A DNA stretch of 36,620 nt from IMG/VR virus record IMGVR_UViG_3300045988_182864. One strand, 5' to 3'. Shown piece by piece: positions 23,166-31,558 of the stretch. The notes beneath the pieces are model-generated. The model made no database searches. It was given only the letters and a program-made list of their open reading frames with translations, and was not told where the DNA came from. The position numbers and the translations under genes are program-made. How positions within the stretch are numbered: position 1 is the stretch's first letter; each line of letters begins with the position of its first letter. This DNA is from a virus.

Positions 23166-23898
23166 AATGTTCAAACACTTTTCCGGACTCGATGCGTTCC
23201 GGAAATCGCAGACTCTTGTTGCCGACGCGGTGCATCCGGTGGTCGATGACATCAGAACGGCGCATCTGTTCCGCGTTTACGCAAAAGCCTGTACCGTAGT
23301 ATTGCATGTAGTTACTTCGTTGCTCTTTGTTTTCCGCAGCCCTCCCGAAAGGTCTCCGTTCATCGTGGACGAACACCGTATCCGAGCATAGAGCGAAATC
23401 GAGGTAGTGCATTGCCGCCATGCGCTCAAAGACATATATCTGCCTGGTCTCGATGAAATAATAAAAGATATAGTCGGCTTCCTTGTACAGCCATCCCTTT
23501 GAGTGCTTGGCTATCGCTTTCTGGTATTTTCCAAACCGCAGCAGTTTGTCATCTTCCCCGATAGCAAAACTATTCACCGCTGTTTCGAGGAATACATTCC
23601 CAGTTTTGTAGGTGTCAGCCTTGGCTTCCACCGTGAATGAAGAACCGTCCTTCCGGTATACAACGAAGTCAATGTCGTCTTCCTGATATTTCTTGTCATC
23701 CCGTACATCCGAAAATCCCGCAATCCTGTCCTTGTGCGTTTCGCAGTAGTAGTCAAGATAGTGCATGGTGACAGATTCGCCAATCAGACCTACCTTCATC
23801 TGACCCGCCATGTTATAGGGCGTCTTGTTTTTCTGTCTGTACAAGGGTATTACCTCACGATGTTTCCGCAAAACGGGCACTTTGCGCCTTTCCGGCAA
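23143..23898 (-). CDS. putative PD-(D/E)xK-fold nuclease, 251 aa (start uncertain)
   Basis: EDDIDFVVYRKDGSSFTVEAKAD fits D...(D/E)xK. The ORF overlaps the upstream gene by 49 nt if 23898 is the start. Confidence 0.45.
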   Translation of the reverse strand: MPERRKVPVLRKHREVIPLYRQKNKTPYNMAGQMKVGLIGESVTMHYLDYYCETHKDRIAGFSDVRDDKKYQEDDIDFVVYRKDGSSFTVEAKADTYKTGNVFLETAVNSFAIGEDDKLLRFGKYQKAIAKHSKGWLYKEADYIFYYFIETRQIYVFERMAAMHYLDFALCSDTVFVHDERRPFGRAAENKEQRSNYMQYYGTGFCVNAEQMRRSDVIDHRMHRVGNKSLRFPERIESGKVFEHFVNHTCI

Positions 23899-24587
23899 AT
23901 GTCAGCAATCGAAGGCGTCCAGTCTTTGTCTTTGCCGTACCCGCATACGGGGCATACGAGCGGGATATTTTTGCAGCTGCCGGTCGTATACATGTCGGGG
24001 CCGAATTCATTGTCAGGGTGCCACAAAGCGGCGATTTGAGGGCATGCAACTGATACTACAGGTTTCCTTGCTGTTTTGGCGTAGTGGGCTCTCATGACCT
24101 TTCTCAGTGAGTTTCTGGCGCATTCTGGACATCCGGTATGTACTTCCCCGGACCCGCAGGCAAAAGCAATCATCGGATGCCATTCCCCGCTTGCGCCGTA
24201 CCCGCAATCCTTGCAGACAAGGTATACATGCTTTGCGCTTCCGGAAGTCACTCGCGTGGGCGGGAACTCATTAAGTGTCGGATGCCACTGTGCAGCGATT
24301 TCGGGATGTACGGTAGCTACATCATTGACGCCTTCGACAAGGACTTTTCCGGAACACGCCGGGCATCCGCCGCCTGTTCGACAGGCACCGGCGATAGAGG
24401 GACGCCATTCGCCGTTCTTTCCGTATCCGCATTTCTGGCAGATAATAGCGATTCTGCGATTGCTGCCGCAGGTGACTTCCTCCGGTGATACAGAATTGGC
24501 TGTCGGATGCCACATAGTAGCAACGCAGGGACATTCCTGTGCTACCGTTCCACGATGCCTGCGATACCGCCACTCGAAATCTTTCAC
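23850..24587 (-). CDS. zinc-ribbon repeat protein (four DUF4379-like W-H-P...C-x2-C...GEW...C-P-x-C modules), 245 aa
   Basis: Four repeats such as WHPTLNEFPPTRVTSGSAKHVYLVCKDCGYGASGEWHPMIAFACGSGEVHTGCPEC. The GTG start overlaps the upstream TGA (GTGA). Confidence 0.6.
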   Translation of the reverse strand: MKDFEWRYRRHRGTVAQECPCVATMWHPTANSVSPEEVTCGSNRRIAIICQKCGYGKNGEWRPSIAGACRTGGGCPACSGKVLVEGVNDVATVHPEIAAQWHPTLNEFPPTRVTSGSAKHVYLVCKDCGYGASGEWHPMIAFACGSGEVHTGCPECARNSLRKVMRAHYAKTARKPVVSVACPQIAALWHPDNEFGPDMYTTGSCKNIPLVCPVCGYGKDKDWTPSIADICRKGAKCPFCGNIVR

Positions 24588-25768
24588 GGTACAACCACCC
24601 CCGCCCGTTTATGGATGTTTTCGGACTTTGCGATATTTACAGCTGTGCTGTAGGAGATACCATATATATCCGCAAGGTCACGAAGATTTTTGCCGGTATT
24701 CATCCGTGCAAATTCCGCAAATTCCCGGTTTCGGGCTTTTACATTATCCGTGATAGGAGAACGGCTTTGCGTGGCTTTACGGGTTTCGGCTTCTGTCAGC
24801 GATTCAGAAAGCTTTCCGTAGTCGTGCAGAATCTTATAGGTCTGACCCACGGCAATCTTATGGTCTTTAGCAATGTCGGAGACGCTTTTCCCGTTCTGGT
24901 ATTCTCCCGCAATCCCCTCGCAGACTTCTTCCGGCAGCGTCTTCTTCATTTTTGCGTTGCCGCGCAGGTTCTTGCGGTAGAGGGGATGATGTGTCCGGTA
25001 TTTCTGTATAAGCCCCGCAATGAATCGCGGCGTGACATTGTACCGTACTGCGATATTCTCTACCTTGACACCCGCTTTGTAGTCTTTCAGGATATCGTTG
25101 TTCCGCGCTTCGACTTCCTCCTGGGTCTTGGTGTCTTCCAAGGCTTCACGCTGTAGCCCCAATACTTTCGGGCTGTGCTTGAATTCCGGGATGTTCATGG
25201 GTGGTTCAGGACCGAAACGGACAAGACCACCAGAAATCGGATGCCCTGCTTCTCGAAATACCTGATAGGTGGTGGATTCCGATAACCCATACTTGTCCAT
25301 GATTTCTCCGACAGTCATGTACGGATTTGCCCTGACATCCGCAACGATTTCAGCATTGCGCTGGCGTTTCTTGAACTGTACAGCTGACCCGATATTCTCT
25401 TTGTGCGGGGTATAATCAGGGCTTCTGCGCAGGATATGATAGACCTGTTGTCCAGAGAGATTGTATTTCTCAGCGATTTCAAAGGTCCAGGCCCCGTTTT
25501 TGTAGTCTTGCGCAATCTCAATATTCCGCTGCTCCATGTCGGCTTTCGACAATCGTTTCTGATTGTTGGGTTTCCGATTCGGGCTTTTGCGGTCATTGCG
25601 GCGCACAGCATCAAAACCCTCTAACACTTCAAGGGATTTCTTAACATTCGTGCAGCTGATACCGTATTTCTCAGCCAATTCCGCGATGTGCATACCGGCG
25701 ACATAATCGTTCAGCATTGCCTTATCGCGGTTCAGCTTTGCTTCTCCGGTCAAACTTTTCCGATGCAT
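24584..25768 (-). CDS. protein built from about six tandem helix-turn-helix modules, 394 aa
   Basis: Repeats of the form RNxEIxxDYxxGxxxxEIAEKYxxSxxxVYxIL. Start MHRKSL with RBS aatcaggaggatacacc. Confidence 0.7.
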   Translation of the reverse strand: MHRKSLTGEAKLNRDKAMLNDYVAGMHIAELAEKYGISCTNVKKSLEVLEGFDAVRRNDRKSPNRKPNNQKRLSKADMEQRNIEIAQDYKNGAWTFEIAEKYNLSGQQVYHILRRSPDYTPHKENIGSAVQFKKRQRNAEIVADVRANPYMTVGEIMDKYGLSESTTYQVFREAGHPISGGLVRFGPEPPMNIPEFKHSPKVLGLQREALEDTKTQEEVEARNNDILKDYKAGVKVENIAVRYNVTPRFIAGLIQKYRTHHPLYRKNLRGNAKMKKTLPEEVCEGIAGEYQNGKSVSDIAKDHKIAVGQTYKILHDYGKLSESLTEAETRKATQSRSPITDNVKARNREFAEFARMNTGKNLRDLADIYGISYSTAVNIAKSENIHKRAGVVVP

Positions 25769-26664
25769 GGTGTATCCTCCTGATTTGCTACCCAGTCGAT
25801 GATATGGTCGATGCAAAGATTCGTGATTTTGCTTGCGGTATAATACTGTGAAGTGTCATTGAGCAGCGATTCAATTTCCGTTTCGGATGCCGAATACCCT
25901 ACTGATGCAAAGAACAGCCTTGTGAGGGTACGCGCATCGTCCCGGCACAGAGGTCTTACCGTATGCCCAAAGGTGAAACGCCGGAACAGAGCATCGTCCA
26001 GAGTATCGGGACGGTTCGTGGTCCCGATAAGGATGATTTCGTTGCCGAGTCTGTCAAGTTCCTGCATCAGGGCAATCGTCACACGGTTCATCTCCGCAAC
26101 ATCGTCCTTGCCGCCGCGCCGTGTCCCGATAGCGTCAATCTCATCGAGGCAGAGCACGCACGGACTTTTCCTTGCATAGTCGAATACCATACCGATATTC
26201 TTCTGTGTTTTGCCCAGAGCGGAATTCACCATACCGGAGAAATTTGTGTACACGAAAGGAAGGTTCGTCGTATAAGCTATATACCGCGCCAACTCAGTCT
26301 TTCCGGTTCCCGGCTCGCCCATGAGTAAAAGAGAACTCGTATAGTGAATCCCCATCTCCTGTAACCGCAGCGCAGCACGGCGCGTCTTGCACATTTTATC
26401 AATGACCGCCTTCTCGCTGTCTCGGATGAGGAACCGGTCTTCTCGGAAAGCGCTCGAATCCTCCGCGACCAAAAGCCCCTGCAGGTTATACGGCAGTTCG
26501 ATGAGTGTAGGACTTTTACTTGCAAGTGTTCGCAGACAGGTTTCCTTGAACGCTTTGTCCTTGACAGTAGTAAGCCCCTCCAACACGATTTTCGCCTGTT
26601 GCTGAGATTTCCGAATATCCCCTTCCACTACATACCGAAGCAATGCCCGTTCATTCTCGTTCAC
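25750..26664 (-). CDS. AAA+ ATPase (classic clade), 304 aa (GTG start)
   Basis: Walker A GEPGTGKTELA. Walker B VLCLDEIDA. Second region of homology GTTNRPDTLDDALFRRF. RBS gagggagggaaattaa. Confidence 0.85.
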   Translation of the reverse strand: MNENERALLRYVVEGDIRKSQQQAKIVLEGLTTVKDKAFKETCLRTLASKSPTLIELPYNLQGLLVAEDSSAFREDRFLIRDSEKAVIDKMCKTRRAALRLQEMGIHYTSSLLLMGEPGTGKTELARYIAYTTNLPFVYTNFSGMVNSALGKTQKNIGMVFDYARKSPCVLCLDEIDAIGTRRGGKDDVAEMNRVTIALMQELDRLGNEIILIGTTNRPDTLDDALFRRFTFGHTVRPLCRDDARTLTRLFFASVGYSASETEIESLLNDTSQYYTASKITNLCIDHIIDWVANQEDTPCIGKV

Positions 26665-26718
26665 TTAATTTCCCTCCCTCATAAAAAGAAAAGCCCTCTG
26701 CAACATTCTGCAGAGGAC

Positions 26719-27204
26719 TCAATCTCTTTTACATTTCTGCTTACGGACGCGCCGAATAATACTGTAAATACCCGGCAAGGAATAATGGTATGCCTTAGCG
26801 AGGTCTTTGGCCTCGATGCCGTTTTGGTATTTCTCGAAGATTTCATCGTTGCGTTTTTGCTGACGGCGGGTGATGCGACGATGACTGAGTTCTTTGTTGC
26901 TGATTCCGGCCTGAACCGCGATGGCACTGCAATACCCTACGGAAACGCCGTACTTTTCGGCAATGTCGCGGACACGCGTATTTTTCTGATACTCCGCCAC
27001 GATTTTATCGACCAGATTGGTATGGTCCTGTTCTTCCGCAATGCGCTGCGCCTGCCGCTCCTCATCGAGAGCGCGGTAGCAAGTCCTGATGCAAAGCCCG
27101 TATTTCTCGGACAGTTCCTCGAACGATAGACCGTTCTCGTAGTCCTTTACAATCTTCTCGTTTCGTTCGATGATTTCGCTGCGGGTTGCTTTCCTTTTCC
27201 TCAT
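26719..27204 (-). CDS. protein with three tandem HTH modules, 161 aa
   Basis: NEKIVKDYENGLSFEELSEKYGLCIRTCYRAL, KIVAEYQKNTRVRDIAEKYGVSVGYC and NDEIFEKYQNGIEAKDLAKAYHYSLPGIYSII. Confidence 0.7.
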   Translation of the reverse strand: MRKRKATRSEIIERNEKIVKDYENGLSFEELSEKYGLCIRTCYRALDEERQAQRIAEEQDHTNLVDKIVAEYQKNTRVRDIAEKYGVSVGYCSAIAVQAGISNKELSHRRITRRQQKRNDEIFEKYQNGIEAKDLAKAYHYSLPGIYSIIRRVRKQKCKRD

Positions 27205-27210
27205 ACTGGT

Positions 27211-27729
27211 TCACCCCTTAGGCTTTGCTGCCTTCTTTTTGCGTCCCTTGCCGCGATAGATACCGGCCTCATGAAGATACTTGAATCCGGAAGAGGGACT
27301 GATACCGTATTCCCGAGCAAGGTTCTCGACCGGCGTGTTGGGGTTCTTCTTCGCGTAGTCCACAAACCCCTGCTTGAAATCTTTAATGCGGCGCAAAGTA
27401 GAGGTCTCGATTTTCGTGTCGAGGTGCCGGTGGTAGGAGTCCCCGCCTTCTTTCAGAATACGAAAAATCGTGGCGCGGTTAAGGTTAAAAGTTTTTGCCA
27501 GTTCTTCGGCTGAAATGCCTTCCTGATACTGGTTGCGAATCTCGTCGTTGCGGTTGTCCTTCCACTCCGTAAAAGTCACTTTCCGCCGCTTCTCCATCTC
27601 AGCCTGTGCGATATGGTAGACGGTTTGTGGGCTGAGTCCGTGCTCCTGCGCGAGGTCCGTGACCTTTGCGCCATTTTGCAGTGCATCGGTAATTTTTCGA
27701 TTGCGTTCCAGCAACTTTTTATGCGTCAT
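27211..27729 (-). CDS. protein with three tandem HTH modules, 172 aa
   Basis: Start MTHKKLL with RBS tgggaggttttt. Modules KITDALQNGAKVTDLAQEHGLSPQTVYHIA, NDEIRNQYQEGISAEELAKTFNLNRATIFRIL and NPNTPVENLAREYGISPSSGFKYL. Confidence 0.7.
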   Translation of the reverse strand: MTHKKLLERNRKITDALQNGAKVTDLAQEHGLSPQTVYHIAQAEMEKRRKVTFTEWKDNRNDEIRNQYQEGISAEELAKTFNLNRATIFRILKEGGDSYHRHLDTKIETSTLRRIKDFKQGFVDYAKKNPNTPVENLAREYGISPSSGFKYLHEAGIYRGKGRKKKAAKPKG

Positions 27730-27740
27730 AAAAACCTCCC

Positions 27741-27877
27741 AAAATAAAAGAAGCAAGCTCCCGAAAGAACTTGCTTCTTATAATCTGTGTTCACTTTTTT
27801 CGCGTGATGCGGGCAAAAAACTCACCCACTGATTCACTTTACAGTTTTCATTTTACCCAATTCGCACGAATGTGCAA
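27741..27877 (-). promoter_or_regulatory. Cassette D: family 1 promoter TTGCAC-16-TAAAAT, non-homologous leader and terminator directly before the RBS of the HTH operon
   Basis: -35 at 27872-27877, -10 at 27850-27855, TGCGAA in the spacer. Hairpin aagaagcaag...cttgcttctt followed by ttatttt at 27741-27779. Confidence 0.6.
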
Positions 27878-27892
27878 CAACTTTTTGTGAAT

Positions 27893-28360
27893 TCAGGTCC
27901 ACTGTATGTACGGGATATCGGAAAGCATCATAAGGCAGGTCTCAAACTCGTCTTCGATGTATCGGGTGATGGCATCGAATCTCTGCATCAGTGGCAGTTC
28001 CGCGAAAGATGTGCCGGTTTCCTTGCGGCATTTCCCCTCTGCGCTCGTATATATCACATTCAGCATGACATTCAAGGCGAGAAGAATATCTTCATCCTTG
28101 CCCTGAACCGTGAAGTAGAAGTAGTGCTCCGACTCACCGTCTGTAACGCCGATTCGGTTGTCGTATTTTCCGTAACTCGCCAAATCACCAAACACACTGA
28201 TTGCAATATATCGCAACTTATCCTCAATAGGAACAGTCCCCCATAAAGGATAATGTTCATCCGGCTGAAAATCTGCCTTACCGCCGTTATACTCCCATTC
28301 AACAAAATCACGGACGGAGAGTTTCTGACCGCCCGGAATGATTATTTCTAGCTGTTCCAA
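27893..28360 (-). CDS. hypothetical protein, 155 aa (TTG start)
   Basis: RBS aagaggtgagaacact-TTG, downstream of the promoter at 28398-28425. Confidence 0.6.
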   Translation of the reverse strand: MEQLEIIIPGGQKLSVRDFVEWEYNGGKADFQPDEHYPLWGTVPIEDKLRYIAISVFGDLASYGKYDNRIGVTDGESEHYFYFTVQGKDEDILLALNVMLNVIYTSAEGKCRKETGTSFAELPLMQRFDAITRYIEDEFETCLMMLSDIPYIQWT

Positions 28361-28397
28361 AGTGTTCTCACCTCTTTGCGTTGTCTCGTCATTTTCT

Positions 28398-28425
28398 ATT
28401 GTATCCGGTTCGCACGATTATGCAA
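28398..28425 (-). promoter_or_regulatory. Family 1 promoter TTGCAT-16-TACAAT with TGCGAA spacer element (no leader terminator)
   Basis: -35 at 28420-28425, -10 at 28398-28403, spacer aatcgTGCGAAccgga. Confidence 0.65.
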
Positions 28426-28470
28426 CATTGAGAGAGAAATTACCGGACACAGGAATCTGACGATAAACAA

Positions 28471-28499
28471 AGAAAAGCCGCCTCCAAGACGGAGACGGC
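28471..28499 (-). terminator. Rho-independent terminator after gene 28509..28862
   Basis: gccgtctcc-gtctt-ggaggcggc followed by ttttcttt. Confidence 0.7.
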
Positions 28500-28508
28500 T
28501 CGATGGTA

Positions 28509-28862
28509 TTACATTCCGATTCTCTCAAGATACGGGATAGCGGCACGCATTCTTTCGCACTCCCAACTCCTGCGGGGGTTGCGTTCGTGCTTCTTGATGA
28601 ACTTCTTCATCTCGGCGGAGGTTTCGGCACCCAGTCCGGTGGCGGCTAAGATTTCCCTTGCACCGTCACACTTCATGGCTTTCAGGGTATCCGACTCAAT
28701 TTCGCGTCCGCCCTCAAACGGCTGCATAAATTTGAGTCTGCAGAACGGGAGATAGCCTTCCGGTGCATTATCGCCGATATTCCAAATGATATAGCCGAGA
28801 GGCGGTTCCGTTACGACCTCGTAGGTGTCGCATACGCCAAGCGCAGTATGATGGATTTTCAT
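28509..28862 (-). CDS. hypothetical protein, 117 aa
   Basis: RBS aataaggagtacaaca-ATG. Confidence 0.65.
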   Translation of the reverse strand: MKIHHTALGVCDTYEVVTEPPLGYIIWNIGDNAPEGYLPFCRLKFMQPFEGGREIESDTLKAMKCDGAREILAATGLGAETSAEMKKFIKKHERNPRRSWECERMRAAIPYLERIGM

Positions 28863-28909
28863 TGTTGTACTCCTTATTTTTGTGGCGGTCTTTAGACCGG
28901 CTGTGATGA

Positions 28910-29425
28910 TTACAGGTTCAGCGAGATGTTGCGGGCACTGGGCTCGTATTTCTTAGTCTCTACCCCGGTAATCTTGAACATGTGTCGTGCAGCGACATTG
29001 TTGTTCGCATCCCGGTACTTGTCGTCGAGATACACGATACGCTTTATCCCGCTCTGAATGATTGCTTTCGCACACTCGTTGCACGGGAAAAGCGTGACAT
29101 ACATCGTAGACCCGTGCAGGTCTTTCCCGGCGTTGAGGATAGCGTTCAACTCCGAGTGGCAGACATACATGTACTTGGTTTCGAGTTCGTTTCCTTCCCT
29201 GCCCCAAGGCATGATATCGTCATCGCAGCCAATCGGCATACCGTTGTACCCCAGAGACAGGATTTTATTGTCGCGCACGATACATGCGCCCACCTGACTG
29301 TTCGGGTCTTTGCTGCGCATCGCGGACAGCATCGCAATGCCCATGAAATACTCGTCCCACGAGATATAGTCGCGGCGTTTGGCGGTGTTGTTCTGAGATG
29401 CTTCGTTTTTAGGTGAAATGCTCAT
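28910..29425 (-). CDS. deoxycytidylate (dCMP) deaminase, 171 aa
   Basis: Zinc-binding motifs VCHSELNA (HxE) and PCNECAK (PCxxC). WDEYFMGIAMLSAMRSKDP is typical of the ComEB/dCMP deaminase family. RBS agaaggagaaccat. Confidence 0.85.
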   Translation of the reverse strand: MSISPKNEASQNNTAKRRDYISWDEYFMGIAMLSAMRSKDPNSQVGACIVRDNKILSLGYNGMPIGCDDDIMPWGREGNELETKYMYVCHSELNAILNAGKDLHGSTMYVTLFPCNECAKAIIQSGIKRIVYLDDKYRDANNNVAARHMFKITGVETKKYEPSARNISLNL

Positions 29426-29479
29426 ATGGTTCTCCTTCTTGTCTGATTTAGACAGTGGGTTCGTTTGCGTATTTTTGCG

Positions 29480-29511
29480 AAAAAAGGCGGTGGAGTGTCT
29501 TGCCCCACCGC
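29480..29511 (-). terminator. Rho-independent terminator after gene 29523..30269
   Basis: gcggtgg-ggcaagacact-ccaccgc followed by cttttttc. Confidence 0.75.
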
Positions 29512-29522
29512 ATTGGTATTGG

Positions 29523-30269
29523 TCAGATGTACTTTTCCCAGAATTTCTCGAAGGTTTCGTCCGGCATCACCATTTCCGTCTCATCGAGGACACGGCTGAA
29601 CTCGCTGCTGCTGATGTCGGTGCCGATGAAATCCGTGACGGCATCGCGGCCACGCTGCATCAGGGCATCTTTCAGGATATACCAGCGGTATTTGTGGATG
29701 AGGTCCGTCAGAGATTCGCCGTCGTTCTCCCAGTAATCGTTCTTTGCCTGAACATGATACAGAGCATCGAGAACGCCGTCGTAGTCATCGCTGTCATACT
29801 CGCTCACGATGTCGGTGAGATTGAGCAGACTGCGGTCAACGCCATCGACATTCACGGTTGCGTTTCTGAACGAGTCATCGTAGCAGGGCTGTGCAGGAAC
29901 TTCCACAGCAAACACCTCGCGGGTTTTCTTGTTCACCTTGCACGGCAGATGGAACGATGCACCAGAATCGAAGTTCGAGGTGATGACGCCGGATACAATA
30001 TCGGGCATCGGGTTTTCGCGAGCCTCCTCAAACTCCGGCAGATGGAACACATCCACGACATTCTCGATGTCGTAGTCAAGGGCACGGACCTTCGTGACGA
30101 TGTAGCCACCACGCTGCAATTCGAGAACTGCACGGCAGAGGTCAAGCTTAATCTCGTGCTCATTCAGAAGACCACCGTGACTGTCTTTCACGAGGGTGAT
30201 TTCGATTGTTTTGTTCTTGGCAGTCGTTTCGGCCAGAAAATAGGTCTTGTCATTGCAAATTTCAAACAT
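29523..30269 (-). CDS. hypothetical protein, 248 aa
   Basis: RBS aaaaaggagcgtaatgac-ATG. The first 24 codons are duplicated at 31900. Confidence 0.65.
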   Translation of the reverse strand: MFEICNDKTYFLAETTAKNKTIEITLVKDSHGGLLNEHEIKLDLCRAVLELQRGGYIVTKVRALDYDIENVVDVFHLPEFEEARENPMPDIVSGVITSNFDSGASFHLPCKVNKKTREVFAVEVPAQPCYDDSFRNATVNVDGVDRSLLNLTDIVSEYDSDDYDGVLDALYHVQAKNDYWENDGESLTDLIHKYRWYILKDALMQRGRDAVTDFIGTDISSSEFSRVLDETEMVMPDETFEKFWEKYI

Positions 30270-30298
30270 GTCATTACGCTCCTTTTTGTGTTGGACGC

Positions 30299-30436
30299 AA
30301 AAAGAGCGGGCCTCTCAGAATCGAGAAGTCCGCCCTTCAAGCGAAATTGTGAATGTACGAAAGGCATAAACCCTTTCGATATGGAATGTTATCTATCGTA
30401 CAATACCTATTCTATGCCATTCGCACGTTTTGGCAA
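30299..30436 (-). promoter_or_regulatory. Cassette F: promoter TTGCCA-16-TAGAAT, conserved leader and terminator
   Basis: -35 at 30431-30436, -10 at 30409-30414. Box1 30382-30402, box2 30346-30358. Internal hairpin cgaaagg/cctttcg. Terminator region 30299-30336. Confidence 0.7.
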
Positions 30437-30437
30437 G

Positions 30438-30469
30438 AAAAAAGTCGCTGCCCCAGCATAGGCAGCGAC
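30438..30469 (-). terminator. Rho-independent terminator after gene 30485..31558
   Basis: gtcgctgcc-tatgctgg-ggcagcgac followed by tttttt. Confidence 0.8.
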
Positions 30470-30484
30470 CAGATTATAATGCCG

Positions 30485-31558
30485 TTAGATATAATTGGGA
30501 TTCCATTTTTCGCAGCCATAGGAAATAATGGATTGCAAAAATTTTAGCGGAACAAGATTCTCGCTGACCGAGGCACTGTTTTCTTTTACATATTGATTGA
30601 TTTTTTTACGCTCCTCATCGTTTGCGGATTCAACATTGATGAAAACCTCTTTTGTGGTCGGCTCATAGAAGAAAAAGCTGCTGCAAGAAATCTTGACAGA
30701 GATACCCTCACCGTTGCCGTTTCCGATTACGATAGTTATATTTTTTCTTGCGTCAAGCGTCCGTGCGCAGTATACAGACACGCTTTTTGCAATGCGTTGT
30801 GATTCATTATCATCGAAAACAAATGCAGGGCTCATTTTATCAGCCATTCTTGCTGCTGCAACTCTTTTGGGAAACTCATTTGCTCGTCTGCTATACCAGG
30901 CTCCCTGAAGCGACAAACTTCTTAGCACATAATCCTTGAGCGTTTCCATCGCAGCTTCAAGATAACCATCCTCGTCAATGATGTAATTCACAATGCTCTT
31001 ATAATTGATATTACGCACAATACTTTTCGCGTTTAGAAGAAGAAAGTTATAGTGAACCGGTCTGCCTTCGAGCATGGTATAAATAGCATATTGTTCCGCC
31101 CGCTCATTCGTTTCCTTGCCATCGCTTAAGGCATGACAGAAGCTTAATTCTTCAATGATTTTCTTGCAGTATGCCTGCTCGAATTGCTGATGATAATCTA
31201 TCAGCTCTTCTTTAAGCTTTGGACACACGCTGATGAGATAGCTGGGTAAACTCCAAAATCGAGTAGAGTCAATGCTGTAACCGGCTTTTTTGAAACTGTT
31301 CGAGTAATCACTGGGAAGCGGTGTGTTGTAACCGTTTTTCCACGCTTCCCACCGAAATTCCTGCATATATATCTCGTCAACTCTACTGTTGACCGGCACC
31401 TTAAAAATCTTGATATATACCCCACTTTCGCAATTTCGATGGCAGAAAATGTGGTTTTCATCTACAATAAAGCCTTCGAGAAAGGCTTCGTTTGGATTGT
31501 GGAAATATTGATAAACACATTCTTTGTTCAAGTATTTCACGTTTTTTATTGCTGCCAT
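30485..31558 (-). CDS. hypothetical protein, 357 aa (paralog of 33408..34442)
   Basis: RBS aacggaggatgaatt-ATG. Shared blocks YLEG, KVPV, EVYMQ and FFYEPTTKEVFINV.../...ERKKINQYVKE...ENLVP. Confidence 0.7.
   Translation of the reverse strand: MAAIKNVKYLNKECVYQYFHNPNEAFLEGFIVDENHIFCHRNCESGVYIKIFKVPVNSRVDEIYMQEFRWEAWKNGYNTPLPSDYSNSFKKAGYSIDSTRFWSLPSYLISVCPKLKEELIDYHQQFEQAYCKKIIEELSFCHALSDGKETNERAEQYAIYTMLEGRPVHYNFLLLNAKSIVRNINYKSIVNYIIDEDGYLEAAMETLKDYVLRSLSLQGAWYSRRANEFPKRVAAARMADKMSPAFVFDDNESQRIAKSVSVYCARTLDARKNITIVIGNGNGEGISVKISCSSFFFYEPTTKEVFINVESANDEERKKINQYVKENSASVSENLVPLKFLQSIISYGCEKWNPNYI

Larger units (their letters stand above)
30193..30469. repeat. about 277-bp direct repeat, copy 1 (pairs with 31824-32103)
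   Basis: Near-identical run agggtgatttcgattgttttgttcttgg...ggcagcgac. It covers terminator, promoter, leader, RBS and the first 24 codons. Confidence 0.9.
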
